Counted from the whole stretch's first letter, positions 37,488 through 50,099 are shown. The stretch: 63,477 nt of DNA, filler included, from Octopus bimaculoides (GCF_001194135.2; 7 parts of 7 records of this genome joined end to end with filler, not necessarily neighbours in it), one strand, 5' to 3'. Numbers and translations are program-made. Notes: generated by a model not told the origin, from the letters alone.

Positions 37488-37628
37488 CAACCGATGTTGG
37501 GGCGTTTACGTCCTCGTAACTTAGCGGTTCGGCAAAAGATACCGATCGAATAAGGCCGACAAAGAATAAGTCCTGGGTCGATTTGTTCGACTAAAACCCT
37601 TTAAGGCGGTGCTCCAGTATGGTCAAAT
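37355..37628 (+). mobile_element. SINE family A with internal (GT)n
   Basis: TGTCTTCTACTATAGCCTC..GGAAACTGAAAGAAGCCC-(GT)n-ACAACCGATG..AGCGGTTCGGCAAAAG..GGCGGTGCTCCAGTATGG. Confidence 0.85.
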
Positions 37629-38354
37629 TAGTATATGNNNNNNNNNNNNNNNNNNNNNNNNNNNNNNNNNNNNNNNNNNNNNNNNNNNNNNNNNNNNNNN
37701 NNNNNNNNNNNNNNNNNNNNNNNNNNNNNNNNNNNNNNNNNNNNNNNNNNNNNNNNNNNNNNNNNNNNNNNNNNNNNNNNNNNNNNNNNNNNNNNNNNNN
37801 NNNNNNNNNNNNNNNNNNNNNNNNNNNNNNNNNNNNNNNNNNNNNNNNNNNNNNNNNNNNNNTATATATATATATATATGTATATACTCACAAGTATCTA
37901 CACTAATTGACACTTTTCTCTGTACCATGTGTCATTCTGCCATTTCCTTTTGAACTAACAAGATTTCCGAATAGAATTCCATCAATATAGTAGCTATTGT
38001 CAATGGAAATACGTCAGTGTGCTCCGCTTGTCTTTCTGTGTGTCTTTTTGTCTGTCTGTCTGTCTTTCATTCAGCCTAGCGATATTTCTAACTGTCGATG
38101 TTGTTGTTATCGTGTTTGCTTAGCTTAATGACCAAATACCTTCCAACCGTGACCATCACAGAGCGCCCAAGACTACATTGTCAAGTGACTGCCTCCTATT
38201 TTAATGCGGCTGAGTTGAGTGTTATTCGAGGGAGGTTTCGGTCCACTAGAGGGGCCACGATATAGAGACCATCTCGTTGCTGACGCAGATCCTCACTAAT
38301 TTCCCAGCTTCGCCTATTATTCTTAGCTACTCTCTCTGTCTCACTATATATGTG

Positions 38355-38567
38355 TTTGTGTCTTTGTGGCTATGTTGCCTCACCACCACCGATAGACAAC
38401 CGGTGTTGATGTGTTACGTCCCCGTAACTTAGTGTAACTTTGGCCCGACCAAAGAAATCGATAGACTATGTACCGGGCTTTAAAAAATAAGAACTAAAAG
38501 ATCTTCAATGCGGTGCCCCAGCATGGTCACAGTCTAATGACTGAAATAAGGAAAAGATAAAAGATAT
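38355..38567 (+). mobile_element. Diverged SINE family A 3' half
   Basis: GACAACCGGTGTTGATGTGTTACGTCCCGTAACTTAG..GCGGTGCCCCAGCATGGTCACAGTCTAATGACTGAAA. Confidence 0.7.
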
Positions 38568-38571
38568 ATGA

Positions 38572-39440
38572 GATCTTTATGGTTTGACGGGCAACACTTG
38601 TTTTCTTAACGAAACACTTTCAAACTTGGGACACTGGTAGAATGTATCATACAAAACAACTTTTTCTCTTAGCCTTCTTAACAAAAAATTGTACATCGCA
38701 AGTTATTTCATGTTAAAGTTGTCGTATTTCTGTAATTTCAACCAATCACTGACGTCTATTCAGCTGAATACAGTTAGTGCTCTTTTTATAAACAATAAAT
38801 TTTTGCCGGTGTCAAGTGTGTTATTCCCTGTTTAATTATATCATTATTCCCTAGTAAGGGTTTAGGGTTTTAGGGTTAGGGTTCGGGTTTAGAGTTAGGG
38901 TTAGGATTTTAGAGTTAGGGTTGGGGTTAGGGTTAGGGTTATGGTCATGAGTGAGGTTATGGCAAAAATAATCATAACCCTAACCGTAATCCTAAAACTA
39001 ACCCTAACTCTAAAATCCGAACCCTAACCCTAAACTAGAGTTTGATTTGAAGAAGATTTGGCTGCTATTTCTAGGAAATGAACCATTTGGTGGAGGTGCA
39101 TTAGTAATTCTGCCAGCTGCAATAACAAGTGCAGGCAATATTCAAGTATTTTGATGGCTTTTTCCCCTTTGTTTACGAGCAGTCTAGTTAATCGGGAATG
39201 TCAGAACTAACGGGGATTAATACGATATACACCGTTACAGCGCTAACTGTTTTCAACTGAATAGACGTCAGTGATTAGATGAAATTATCGAAATAAGACA
39301 ATTTTTAACGTGAAATAACTTCGAATACAAAATTTTTTATCTGTTCTATACCACAAAATATACAAGTATACGAAGTTTGAAAGTGTTTCGGTACCAAAAA
39401 CACTACATAAAAAAATGTTGCCCGTCAAACCATAAAGATC
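38572..39440. mobile_element. Fold-back DNA element with long inverted arms and central inverted TTAGGG/CCCTAA-like tracts
   Basis: Perfect 25-bp terminal inverted repeat GATCTTTATGGTTTGACGGGCAACA at 38572-38596 and 39416-39440, with further arm matches inside. TTAGGG-like tract 38857-38941 faces CCCTAA-like tract 38975-39034. Confidence 0.85.
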
Positions 39441-39475
39441 CGATATATGTTATATATACACATGGTGGTTGTCTG

Positions 39476-39507
<32 letters not shown>

Positions 39508-39671
39508 TGTTTGTATTTATGTATGTATGTATGTATGTATCTATGTATCTATGTCTGTACGTACGTACTGATATCTGTATATAACTAAATCTTTTAACGT
39601 TTATTTGTTTTAGCCATTAGACTGCGAGCCGCCTCAAAAAGTTTGGTCGAACGAATCGACCCCGATATAAT

Positions 39672-39723
<52 letters not shown>

Positions 39724-39724
<1 letters not shown>

Positions 39725-39808
39725 CCCTGAAGAAGTAAATATTATTCGATGGAGTTGAATACGGACTGTTCCTACAGCCATTTAATATTTTCTGAAACGG
39801 CCGTAGGT
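39724..39808 (+). ncRNA. Minimal type I hammerhead ribozyme motif with intact core
   Basis: ACC-CTGAAGA-[AGTAAATATTA..38 nt..TAATATTTTCT, 10 of 11 bp paired]-GAAA-C-GGCC-GTA-GGT. Palindromic GGCC tetraloop; predicted cut after 39805. Confidence 0.75.
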
Positions 39809-40129
39809 TTTTTACTGATTTTTACTGATTTTTACTTTTCATTGTTTTTAATTGACTTTTATCTTCATGATATTTTGTATTACTGAACTCTATTTATTCT
39901 TCCCGAATACATGTATCGACACATGCATACACGGTTTTCATGCTCTTATATCTTACTTCATTTACACTTTATATTTTATTATTTTTATAATATTTTTTCT
40001 CTTTTATTATTTTTTAGATTTTGAATTTTTAATATAAATATGTATCCCATCCAAGTCTTAGAATTCACTGTAAGCACGATTTCGTTTTCGGATGTAAAGT
40101 ACTGGCAACAGAAATTTTTATCTTCTACA

Positions 40130-40161
<32 letters not shown>

Positions 40162-40506
40162 CATATACATGTATGTGTGTACGTGTGCGCGCGCGTGTTC
40201 GTGTGTATGTGTGTGAGGTGTTTGTTGTGTTTGTGCGTGTATTAGGGTGTGTGTATGTGTGTGAGAGAGAGAGAGTTGAATATGGATAGAAAATGCCATG
40301 ACAAAGCAGTCCTGGCATGTGTCAAAAACCTGTCCACCACGATTACGTAATTAGTCTATTCCTGGAGCAAATCGAGAATCATTAACATTGAATTAATTGC
40401 TACACGTTTCTAGAATAAAAGCTGACAAACAACAAACAACAAGCAACAAACAAGCTATCAGTGTGCAGGAAGGAAAGCATAAAACGTTATTATTTTCAAA
40501 TTTTAT

Positions 40507-40815
40507 TGCTAAGACTATGGATAAGTTAAGATCTAGGCAAAGGTCTAGGCTATGATAAGTTAAGATTTAGGCTAATAAAGACTAGGTCTAAGATATTGAA
40601 TAAGACTAAGAATAAAACTTGGGCTAATGGTGAAGGCTAAGACAGCGTGTAAGATTAAGGCTGAAACTGCCAGTAAGACTTAGAATTATGATTAAGATTG
40701 AGACAAAGATTAAGGTTAAGAATAAACCTGAGTAAGTCTAAGGCTAAGTCTTACTTGAACTAAAACAACGACTAGAACTAAGACATTAAGTAGGGTTATA
40801 CTTTAAAGCTAAAGG
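40507..40815. repeat. Degenerate hexamer-like low-complexity tract (TAAGAC/TAAGGC/TAAGAT)
   Basis: TAAG recurs at roughly 6-nt spacing over about 300 bp. Confidence 0.6.
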
Positions 40816-41236
40816 AACGTTTGAATCAACTCGTATGTGTGTGGGGGGAGGGAGAGAGTGAGAGAGAGAATGTGTGTGTATGTGTAATCTTATTAAAGCT
40901 CTTGTTAAATTGCACTACACATAACCAATGAGTTAGACGCCCAAATGTTTCATTACACTCCCAAACAAATACCCTAGAAGGAACTACGTGCTACTACACG
41001 AATAACCCTACGTTGGGGATGGATCTTTAATGATAGTATTAGGGTATGGATAATTAGTACATGATAAGAGATTAAATTAAGGAATGATTTGCTTATAAGA
41101 TCTTTACTCATATTTTAGGTGAACATTACGTAATGACTACGTAAGAGTCGTGCAAAAATGATATATATCCTTCCATATTTATTACATTGCCATGTGCTAA
41201 ATATGCGTGTCTATGTATGTATGTTTGCGTGTGTGC

Positions 41237-41301
<65 letters not shown>

Positions 41302-41311
41302 NNNNNNNNNN

Positions 41312-41552
41312 CAATGAGCGAGACATTTTATTTCACGTTGCTCCAGTCCACTCAGCTGGCAAAAATGAGTAGCACCTGTATTTCAAAGGGCCAACCTTGT
41401 CATATTCTGTGTCACGCTGAATCTCTGATAATTACGTTAAAGGTACCCGTGTCTGTGGAGTGCTGAGTCACTTGCACCTTTTATTTCACGAGCAGCCTCT
41501 TCCTCTGATCGGATCAACTGGAACGCTTATCGTCGTAACCGACAATGAGCCA
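41312..41552 (+). mobile_element. SINE family D (headless)
   Basis: TTTATTTCACGTTGCTCCAGTCCACTCAGCTGGCAAAAATG..TTTCAAAGGGCC..GTGTCTGTGGAGTGCTGAG..GATCGGATCAACTGGAAC..CGTCGTAACCGAC matches 60035-60354. Confidence 0.85.
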
Positions 41553-41561
41553 TGACACAAA

Positions 41562-41620
<59 letters not shown>

Positions 41621-41991
41621 TAATGAACAAAAGAGAGAGACACGGGGAGAGATAAAAAGAATCACACAACTAAAGCTAATAAAATTACAAAGCAAGTAGA
41701 GGTAAAAAGCAAGAAGAAATGATAAATGAAATCAATGAAGTAACGCGCTTTGCTTAAAAATAAATAAATAAACTTTGAAAGACGAAGCAGAATAACAATA
41801 GAAGGATGTGTACCGTGAAATTAAATAAACCAATGAAAGGAGCAGAAGAGAATTTAGTGTTGCGCATTATGCTCTTTCGCAAAGAGAAGAAAAAGGAATA
41901 AGAGATGCAAGAGATCAAGAAAAAAAAGGAACGATACCGAATTCTACAACGTTTAACATGGCAAGCATAACTATATGTGTATGTGTGCGTG

Positions 41992-42030
<39 letters not shown>

Positions 42031-42036
<6 letters not shown>

Positions 42037-42336
42037 TGCATCCGGAGATAGACGCCAGCATTATCTTATCGCTACTAACCTACTATATATATATATATAA
42101 TAATANNNNNNNNNNNNNNNNNNNNNNNNNNNNNNNNNNNNNNNNNNNNNNNNNNNNNNNNNNNNNNNNNNNNNNNNNNNNNNNNNNNNNNNNNNNNNNN
42201 NNNNNNNNNNNNNNNNNNNNNNNNNNNNNNNNNNNNNNNNNNNNNNNNNNNNNNNNNNNNATATATATATATATATATATATAGTAGGTAAGTAGCGATA
42301 AGATAATACTGGCGTTTATCTCGGGATGCACTCACA
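42031..42336. mobile_element. MITE-like element: 56-bp inverted arms around a (TA)n core (core partly a gap)
   Basis: TGTGAGTGCATCCGGAGATAGACGCCAGCATTATCTTATCGCTACTAACCTACTAT versus the reverse complement of 42281-42336, with 4 mismatches. Confidence 0.75.
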
Positions 42337-42551
42337 TGGACGGCAGCTACCAAAAAATTACAAATGGAAAATATTTTCTGTGGAGGTTTGGAAGAGAAAC
42401 TCTGTAAGTATCACTTCTGTCATTGAGTATGAAAAATAAATTTCAAGATTGAAAGTTTATGATATTTTAATTCATGGTAATTATTTTCTCATTGTGTCTA
42501 GATATTCCCTATATCATAGGCACATGAAATTTAAAGAGAAAAAGCGCTTAC

Positions 42552-42620
42552 ACCAACATCCTCCTCCATCAGGCCTGTGTTAATCTGGTGTTTCTTGTTA
42601 AAATCTGTTTTAGACAATTT
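42552..42620 (-). CDS. Tentative exon of the - strand gene
   Basis: GT|GTAAGC donor and weak TTTCAATTAG acceptor. Phase 0 to 0: KLSKTDFNKKHQINTGLMEEDVG. An alternative acceptor lies at 42604. Confidence 0.3.
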
Positions 42621-43333
42621 CTAATTGAAATTTCTGTCAAATATCGTAGATTCCGAAGAACTTTTGTTTTTATCACACATACACACATACTTCACATATA
42701 CATTTATATGTATATGTGCGTATATATTATATGTATAGAAACGTACATATACTTATGTGTATACCTATTTAAGTGCATTTGTACTCGTCTGTTTACCTGT
42801 CGAATCAGGTAATTTTTTTTCTCTTTTCTCTTCCCATTTTCTCAATCTCTTTCCTTCTCTCACTTTCTGTGCATTTGTGCAAGTCTAAATAAGTTCATGT
42901 GTATGTCAATGAGAGTGTATGTATGAGACAGTGTGTGCGTGTGTGATTTATGGAGTTCAATGTGCAAATGCTCTGACGTAATTTCAGGTCACATGACAAA
43001 AAAACCAGTTCGCTGTGATTACGTAATTTATTCTATTCTTGTAATATACAAGGATTTAACGCACAATTAATTGTTAGACGTTTCCAGAATATAAAAAATA
43101 TATTCAAAAACAAACAATGTGTGTATATACGAATATCTTTACGTCCGTACATTAAAGTTTCTTACTTTATAGAAAGTTCAAGAATAAAAACAAAACATTT
43201 ACTAAAGAATGAAAATGATATTAAAGGTATATTTAAATGTAATTTTTAAAAATTCTTTTTAACTGGTCTGGTTGAATAAGCCATCAGTCCCAGTGAAGAC
43301 ATATTATATAATACACACACACATACATACACA

Positions 43334-43375
<42 letters not shown>

Positions 43376-43505
43376 GATAGGATATAATATTAAATATATG
43401 TATATATATATACATTTGTTGGCACTNNNNNNNNNNNNNNNNNNNNNNNNNNNNNNNNNNNNNNNNNNNNNNNNNNNNNNNNNNNNNNNNNNNNNNNNNN
43501 NNNNN

Positions 43506-43845
43506 ATCAACAGAACATCCTGCTCGTGAAATTAACGTGCAAGTGGCTGAGCACTCCACAGACACGTGTACCCTTAACGTAGTTCTCGGGGATATTCAGC
43601 GTGACACAGTGTGACAAGGCTGGCCCTTTGAAATACAGGCACAACAGAAGCAGGAAAGGAAAAAAGAGTGAGAGAAAGTTGTGGTGAAAGAGTACAGCAG
43701 GGTTCGCCACCACCCCCTGCCGGAGCCTCGTAGAGCTTTAGGTGTTTTCGCTCAATAAACACTCACAACGCCCGGTCTGGGAATCGAAACCGCAATCCTA
43801 CGACCGCGAGTCCGCTGCCCTAACCACTGGGCCATTGCGCCTCCA
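43506..43845 (-). mobile_element. SINE family C, nearly full length, with tRNA-derived head
   Basis: Minus-strand head TGGAGGCGCAATGGCCCAGTGGTTAGGGCAGCGGACTCGCGGTCGTAGGATTGCGGTTTCGATTCCCAG has A and B boxes. The 3' half is shared with family D. Confidence 0.9.
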
Positions 43846-43974
43846 TATATACATCATATACACACATACATATATACATACATACATACATGCATACATA
43901 CATACATACATACAATATATATACATACACTCATACATATTATATTATACATATATATATATATGTATGTAAGA

Positions 43975-44095
43975 ATAAGTGCCAGGTTTTAGAAAATAAG
44001 TACTGGACTTAATTCGTTCGACTAAAAACTTCTACAAGATGATGCCCCAGCATGGCCGAAGTCTAGTGACTGAAGCAAGTAAAAGATTAAAAGAT
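43975..44095 (+). mobile_element. SINE family A 3' tail
   Basis: GAATAAGT..TTCGACTAAAA..TGCCCCAGCATGGCCGAAGTCTAGTGACTGAAGCAAGTAAAAGA. Confidence 0.7.
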
Positions 44096-44321
44096 ATATG
44101 CATACACACATTTGCAGAAAAGAGAAACAAGGAGAGAAAAAGAGAGACAAAAAGAGACAGAGAGAGAGAGACAAAGAGAAAGCGAAGTGGGAGGACCAAG
44201 TCACCAGTAGGTATTCTTGTGGTGAATTATGCAATCACGTAACAGCTATTAGTAGTGAATAGGAGACATATGGAAAGCATTGTATACGCAGGAAGGCAAT
44301 GGATTGAAGGAGGTCGTATAT

Positions 44322-44392
44322 ACCATCATCATCATCATCATCATCATCATCAGAATCAACATCATCATCATCATCAGAATCAACATCATCAA

Positions 44393-44438
<46 letters not shown>

Positions 44439-44477
44439 GCCGTCGTCGTCGTCGTCGTCGTCGTCATCATCATCATT

Positions 44478-44509
<32 letters not shown>

Positions 44510-44627
44510 TAGCACCACCACCATCATCATCATCATCATCTTCTTCATCACCGTCAGCAGCAACAGCATGACTGCAACCACGACCAACACCACCGCCGTC
44601 GCCGCCGCTACCACCACCTCCACTATC

Positions 44628-44692
<65 letters not shown>

Positions 44693-44735
44693 TATCGTCA
44701 TCATCGTCATCATCATCATCATCATCATTATCATT

Positions 44736-44785
<50 letters not shown>

Positions 44786-44805
44786 TATCATCATCATCAT
44801 CATCT
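44322..44805. repeat. Long compound (CAT)n/(CGT)n/(CAC)n microsatellite
   Basis: Directly visible; it is the source of the poly-H, poly-M and poly-I ORFs. Confidence 0.95.
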
Positions 44806-45463
44806 ATGCATATNNNNNNNNNNNNNNNNNNNNNNNNNNNNNNNNNNNNNNNNNNNNTTAATTAATTAANNNNNNNNNNNNNNNNNNNNNNNNNNNNNNN
44901 NNNNNNNNNNNNNAAGTATGTATGTGTATACAGTTACTTAATCTCTGATTTTTTTAAAAAAGCTTTTTATTCCTTTTATCGAACAACTAGCTTCATGAGA
45001 TTTACCAATGTTGATTAATTCTTATGGAAATTTGATTTTGCTGTTTATTTGAAAGGATTGCTTTAGTTTCGTGTATCTATTATTATTTTACTTGTATTCT
45101 TTTTTCAATATCATAGAGCCACTTTAATAAACTCTCTCTGCACAATCAGTGCATGAATATTATATTTTTCATGAAATCTTTATAAAATTAGATTTGGTAG
45201 GTGTGTCCGATAGTATGTGTGCTGTATGTGTCTGAATGTTTTGGTATAGATAAATAGTAAAGTGTCCATGGCTGTGTCTATGTTTGTATGTATGTATGTA
45301 TGTATGTATGTATATATATATATATGTATGTATGTATGTAAGCAGGTACATGTATTGATAAATGTATGTACAAAGATAGACACGTATATATAATATGTAT
45401 ATATAGTTACATGTATACATATATATCTACACACATACATATATACATACATAAATAGATAAA

Positions 45464-45514
<51 letters not shown>

Positions 45515-45797
45515 GTAGGTGTGAGAGAGGAAGAGATGATCGTATGCGAACATAATTAGTAATTGCCTATTATTTTTTCTATCACATTTTCAGTTCATTC
45601 CATTTTTGCTTTTGCACATGTGTCATGAATGAATATATTATTCGTGTATGTATATATCTGTGTGTGTGTGTGTGTGTGTGAGTGTGTGTGTGTGTGTTGT
45701 ATATATAGGTATGTATGTATATATATGTATGTATATAAACATATATGCGTGTTTGTGTTTGTGTATCGATATATATGTATATACACAAATATATGTG

Positions 45798-45836
<39 letters not shown>

Positions 45837-46646
45837 ATGTGTGTGTGTGCACAAATATGCATATATATGTATATTTGTGTATATATATGTTTATACAAAT
45901 ATNNNNNNNNNNNNNNNNNNNNNNNNNNNNNNNNNNNNNNNNNNNNNNNNNNNNNNNNNNNNNNNNNNNNNNNNNNNNNNNNNNNNNNNNNNNNNNNNNN
46001 NNNNNNNNNNNNNNNNNNNNNNNNNNNNNNNNNNNNNNNNNNNNNNNNNNNNNNNNNNNNNNNNNNNNNNNNNNNNNNNNNNNNNNNNNNNNNNNNNNNN
46101 NNNNNNNNNNNNNNNNNNNNNNNNNNNNNNNNNNNNNNNNNNNNNNNNNNNNNNNNNNNNNNNNNNNNNNNNNNNNNNNNNNNNNNNNNNNNNNNNNNNN
46201 NNNNNNNNNNNNNNNNNNNNNNNNNNNNNNNNNNNNNNNNNNNNNNNNNNNNNNNNNNNNNNNNNNNNNNNNNNNNNNNNNNNNNNNNNNNNNNNNNNNN
46301 NNNNNNNNNNNNNNNNNNNNNNNNNNNNNNNNNNNNNNNNNNNNNNNNNNNNNNNNNNNNNNNNNNNNNNNNNNNNNNNNNNNNNNNNNNNNNNNNNNNN
46401 NNNNNNNNNNNNNNNNNNNNNNNNNNNNNNNNNNNNNNNNNNNNNNNNNNNNNNNNNNNNNNNNNNNNNNNNNNNNNNNNNNNNNNNNNNNNNNNNNNNN
46501 NNNNNNNNNNNNNNNNNNNNNNNNNNNNNNNNNNNNNNNNNNNNNNNNNNNNNNNNNNNNNNNNNNNNNNNNNNNNNNNNNNNNNNNNNNNNNNNNNNNN
46601 NNNNNNNNNNNNNNNNNNNNNNNNNNNNNNNNNNNNNNNNNNNNNG

Positions 46647-46745
46647 ATATGCAAGCCCAGACTATTGAGAAGATTCGGAAGTCCTATGGAGATGATGCTT
46701 TGGGGAAAAACACATATAAAGGAGTGGTGCAACCGTTTTGACTGC
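46647..46745 (+). mobile_element. Mariner transposase N-terminal HTH fragment
   Basis: DMQAQTIEKIRKSYGDDALGK/THIKEWCNRF resembles the mariner T..I...YGD.A......EW..RF motif. Confidence 0.6.
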
Positions 46746-46769
46746 ATTCTGACAGCGTTCACACGTTGG

Positions 46770-47316
46770 AATTCATATCCATGTCTTTGAGCATGGACTT
46801 TCGCTCAGTTCAGACGGCTACGTGAAGTTGCTGGATTGGACTGCTGTTCGAAGGCTGTATTCGTGGTAGCTGGATTTGGTTCCTTGTTATAACTTTAGAA
46901 ATAGTCAGAAATGTTTGTCAGAAAATTCTTACGACTTTTCCAACCGCAAATTTTGACTTCTTAATTTCCCTGATTGCAATCCGATGGTTACCATATGAGG
47001 GATGCTGTTGAGAAAGACACCAACCGCTGTGCTTGCAACACGAAGGCCGAGTTCGAGACCAAGGACGAATATCTTCCCAGGTGCACAGTCATAAACGCAT
47101 GCTCCTGGTTCTGGAGCCGTCTTGGGGCCGCTGTGGAAGTGAGGGCGGCACCTTGACTAGACGGTTATCTCCCATACATGATCCTGTGCATATGTTTGAT
47201 TTTATAAAATAGTTTCATTTTTGGATGGAGTATATTTTAAAATAGTTTCATTTTTCGATGGGGTATTTTTCTCTTCTTTTCATGTAAACTGTCAAATTTA
47301 GGCCGAACACCTCGTA
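46770..47316 (+). mobile_element. maT (DD37D) transposon 3' remnant with terminal repeat end
   Basis: HVFEHGLSLSSDGYVKLL..W*LDLVPCY..F*LLNFPDCNPM(D)Y..DAVEKDTNRCACNTKAE..ACSWFWSRLGAAVE. 37 residues counted between the last two Asp positions. Ends GGCCGAACACCTCG|TA. Confidence 0.8.
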
Positions 47317-47984
47317 AAATAATTCCAATGAATGCGTCTTGAAACGTTGAAATAGATTATGCAGCTTTCGCATAAGAATGACGCGGATTTTATCACTTCG
47401 TGGTTTCCTATGTCCAAACAATATATAAATTCAATGAAAGGACAGAGTAGAATAACAAATAAAATATATCGTATTTTATAATATATTCAAGAATGGCAAA
47501 ATATATTTTCCATTTGTCAATAAATTAAAAGTAATCGACAACAAAACATAAAAATTATAAGGTTTCAAATTTAACGTCAAGAATATGCAAAAAGACTGTG
47601 AAATTGTATGGATTAAGAAAATGAATACAATCTTCAATTGTTCTTACACTCACAAACACACAAATACACACACACACACACACACGCAGACACACACACA
47701 CACAGAATAACTCACGCGCAGCACACACACACACACACACACAGTAACTCACGCGCAACACACACATGTAAGTATATGCATATTACGTGTCTCTATACGT
47801 ATACGTATATTTATATATATGCATGTAAATTATGTATGTATGTATTTGTAAATATATATGTATATTTATATATATATATATATACACACACATGCATTAT
47901 ACGTTTGTGTATGTGTGTATGTGTGCATATACCTATATGTTCCAAAAATAAAGAAATTAGGAAGAAAAGGTTAAGAAGAACAAA

Positions 47985-48130
47985 CATTCTATTAAGTTGA
48001 CGCACTGGAGAATGGAAGTAGACTTTAACGTTTCGAGCCGACGCTCTCCTACAGGCGGGAGAAGCGAGGCGTGAAAACAGATGGAGAAAAAAATGTGTCT
48101 GAGTTAACCGGTGACAGCATGCTGAAATGA
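47985..48130 (-). mobile_element. Family H pLTR-like repeat with decayed hammerhead at 48023-48058
   Basis: Minus strand: CTGTAGG-A-GAGC GTCG GCTC-GAAA-C-GTT-AAAG; core mutated. Confidence 0.55.
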
Positions 48131-48756
48131 CTTGATGGGTGGGTAGCAATGGAGACAACAATGATTTGTGTTTGTGTATGTGTGTGTGTATCTGCGCGCC
48201 TGTGTCTATGTGTGTGCGTGTGTATGTCTTAGCAAGCACGTCTGTGTGTATGTAACTAATGTGTGTATGCATGTGATGATTGTGTATGCGTTTACAAATG
48301 CATGTGTGAATGTGCAGGTATACTGTGTGCATTTAGCGGTTGCATGTGGATGTGTGTGTTTATGCCAGCATAGTGTGCGTGTATGACGCTATTGGACAAA
48401 GTGTGTGTATGCGTGTGTGTGTGTGTCAGACTAATCTGTGCGTGAATAAACTGAGTTAGTGCATGTGTATATGTGCGTATGTGCATTTGTAAGTGTGCGT
48501 GAGACTATCTGATGTATGTGTGTTTGTTGTAGGAGGACGTAAGTTATGTCGTCCTGGAGAGATATACTGGGTGGAATAAAAGTCGTAGGTGTAGCAATGT
48601 ATATACGTGTGTTTATGTGTGTGTGTTTATGTGTGTGTGTGTGTGTGTGTGTGTGGGTGTAATTGTATAGTTGCTGCTGTGCGTGTGAGGATGGGTGTGA
48701 AAAGTAAGTGCAGCAAAAAGCTGTGTGCGTGTATTGGGTGGGGTGGTTCTAGGTGC

Positions 48757-48905
48757 CTAGCGGGATTTTGTCCATCTCTACGTTCAAATTTGCCCATCAT
48801 GTTTTTGATGAATTAAGTACCACTCATATGCTGGGGTCGACGTGATCGATTTTCTCCCTTACCCCAAAATTTCAGGCCTTGTCCCTTGTGCCTATAGCAG
48901 AGAGG

Positions 48906-48910
<5 letters not shown>
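48757..48910 (+). mobile_element. Internally deleted SINE family B with TTA tail
   Basis: TAAGTACCACT..CTGGGGTCGA..CCCCAAAATTTCAGGCCTTG..TGTGCCTATAG..GGATTATT. Confidence 0.65.
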
Positions 48911-48980
<70 letters not shown>

Positions 48981-48989
48981 GTTGTTGTT

Positions 48990-49545
48990 GAGTGAGAGAG
49001 CAGTGCATGCCATCAAAGTGACACTGGGGTAAAATATACGAAGCCCAGTATACCCATGATGACTACCCGTCTGATCAGGGTATACCAGGCACATGCATCA
49101 CAACCATATGTGCACGACATGGTGATCTCATACCAAGATAAACAGTGCATAGACTCGCAGGTGGGGCCCAGTAAGAATTTTCTTCAGGTCGAGTAGCCCG
49201 TCCAGCTGAAAAGGTTCCTGAATAAGGTTTGTTTAAGGATGTTGAACAAAACAACCATGTTTACAAAGGTGAATTATTCAAACCCCAAAGAATTCCTCTC
49301 AACACATGGCTATGATGCTCCCCCACTACTTCTGCTTGTGATCAGAGATGGACATATCGTCAGCCACGAAGGGATATGCTCAACTGGTTAAGATCAAACA
49401 ACTGACAAGCAAATATGTGGTACTGAGCAGAATATTGGCTGTAGCCCATCTTTTTATACCAAGATAAAACAACGTACATGATAACACTTGCAGTTAGTTA
49501 AGATCAGAAGCCATGAGAGCCACTGCCTGGTACTGCATCCGGGCA
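48990..49545 (-). mobile_element. Second copy of the approximately 560-bp retroposon segment at 373-935
   Basis: Colinear reverse complement over the whole length, from GCCCGGATG to CTCTCTCACTC plus (CAA/TAA)n. Confidence 0.85.
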
Positions 49546-49645
49546 NNNNNNNNNNNNNNNNNNNNNNNNNNNNNNNNNNNNNNNNNNNNNNNNNNNNNNN
49601 NNNNNNNNNNNNNNNNNNNNNNNNNNNNNNNNNNNNNNNNNNNNN

Positions 49646-49686
<41 letters not shown>

Positions 49687-50099
49687 GCGTATACACATAC
49701 GGATAGATAATACACACTTGTGTGTGTGACTTCGCGTATCAGCTTGTCAAACAAAAAAATGAATATACTAATTGCCAAAACAAACTCTATCAAAACATCT
49801 TAATACATATAATTAGATATATTGAACTCAACAATGATTCCAATAAGGCATTCATTAAGCATTTTAGATAGAAAATTATCATATTTGAATTCACTAACAA
49901 ATATTCAATAATAAAAAAAACAGAGCTGGAGATAATGGTGCTGGAGAAAGAATCGAATGAGTTGAGACTATACAAACAATGTTCGTCTCAAGAACTCTTC
50001 AGCTATAGCTAACAGATTTGTGCAACTAGCTGTCTAACCATTGTCATTATTGTGTAGTTAATTGCAATTCTTCAGCAGAAATCCTAAGTTTTCTCTGCA

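Noticed and set aside
38857-39034. True telomere or ancestral chromosome fusion site
   Set aside because: The repeats are short, degenerate and enclosed by transposon-like inverted arms.
43770-43845. Functional tRNA genes (also at 15872, 19020, 60035)
   Set aside because: A and B boxes are present, but acceptor-stem pairing is poor, there is no poly-T terminator, and each continues into a repeat body. These are SINE heads.
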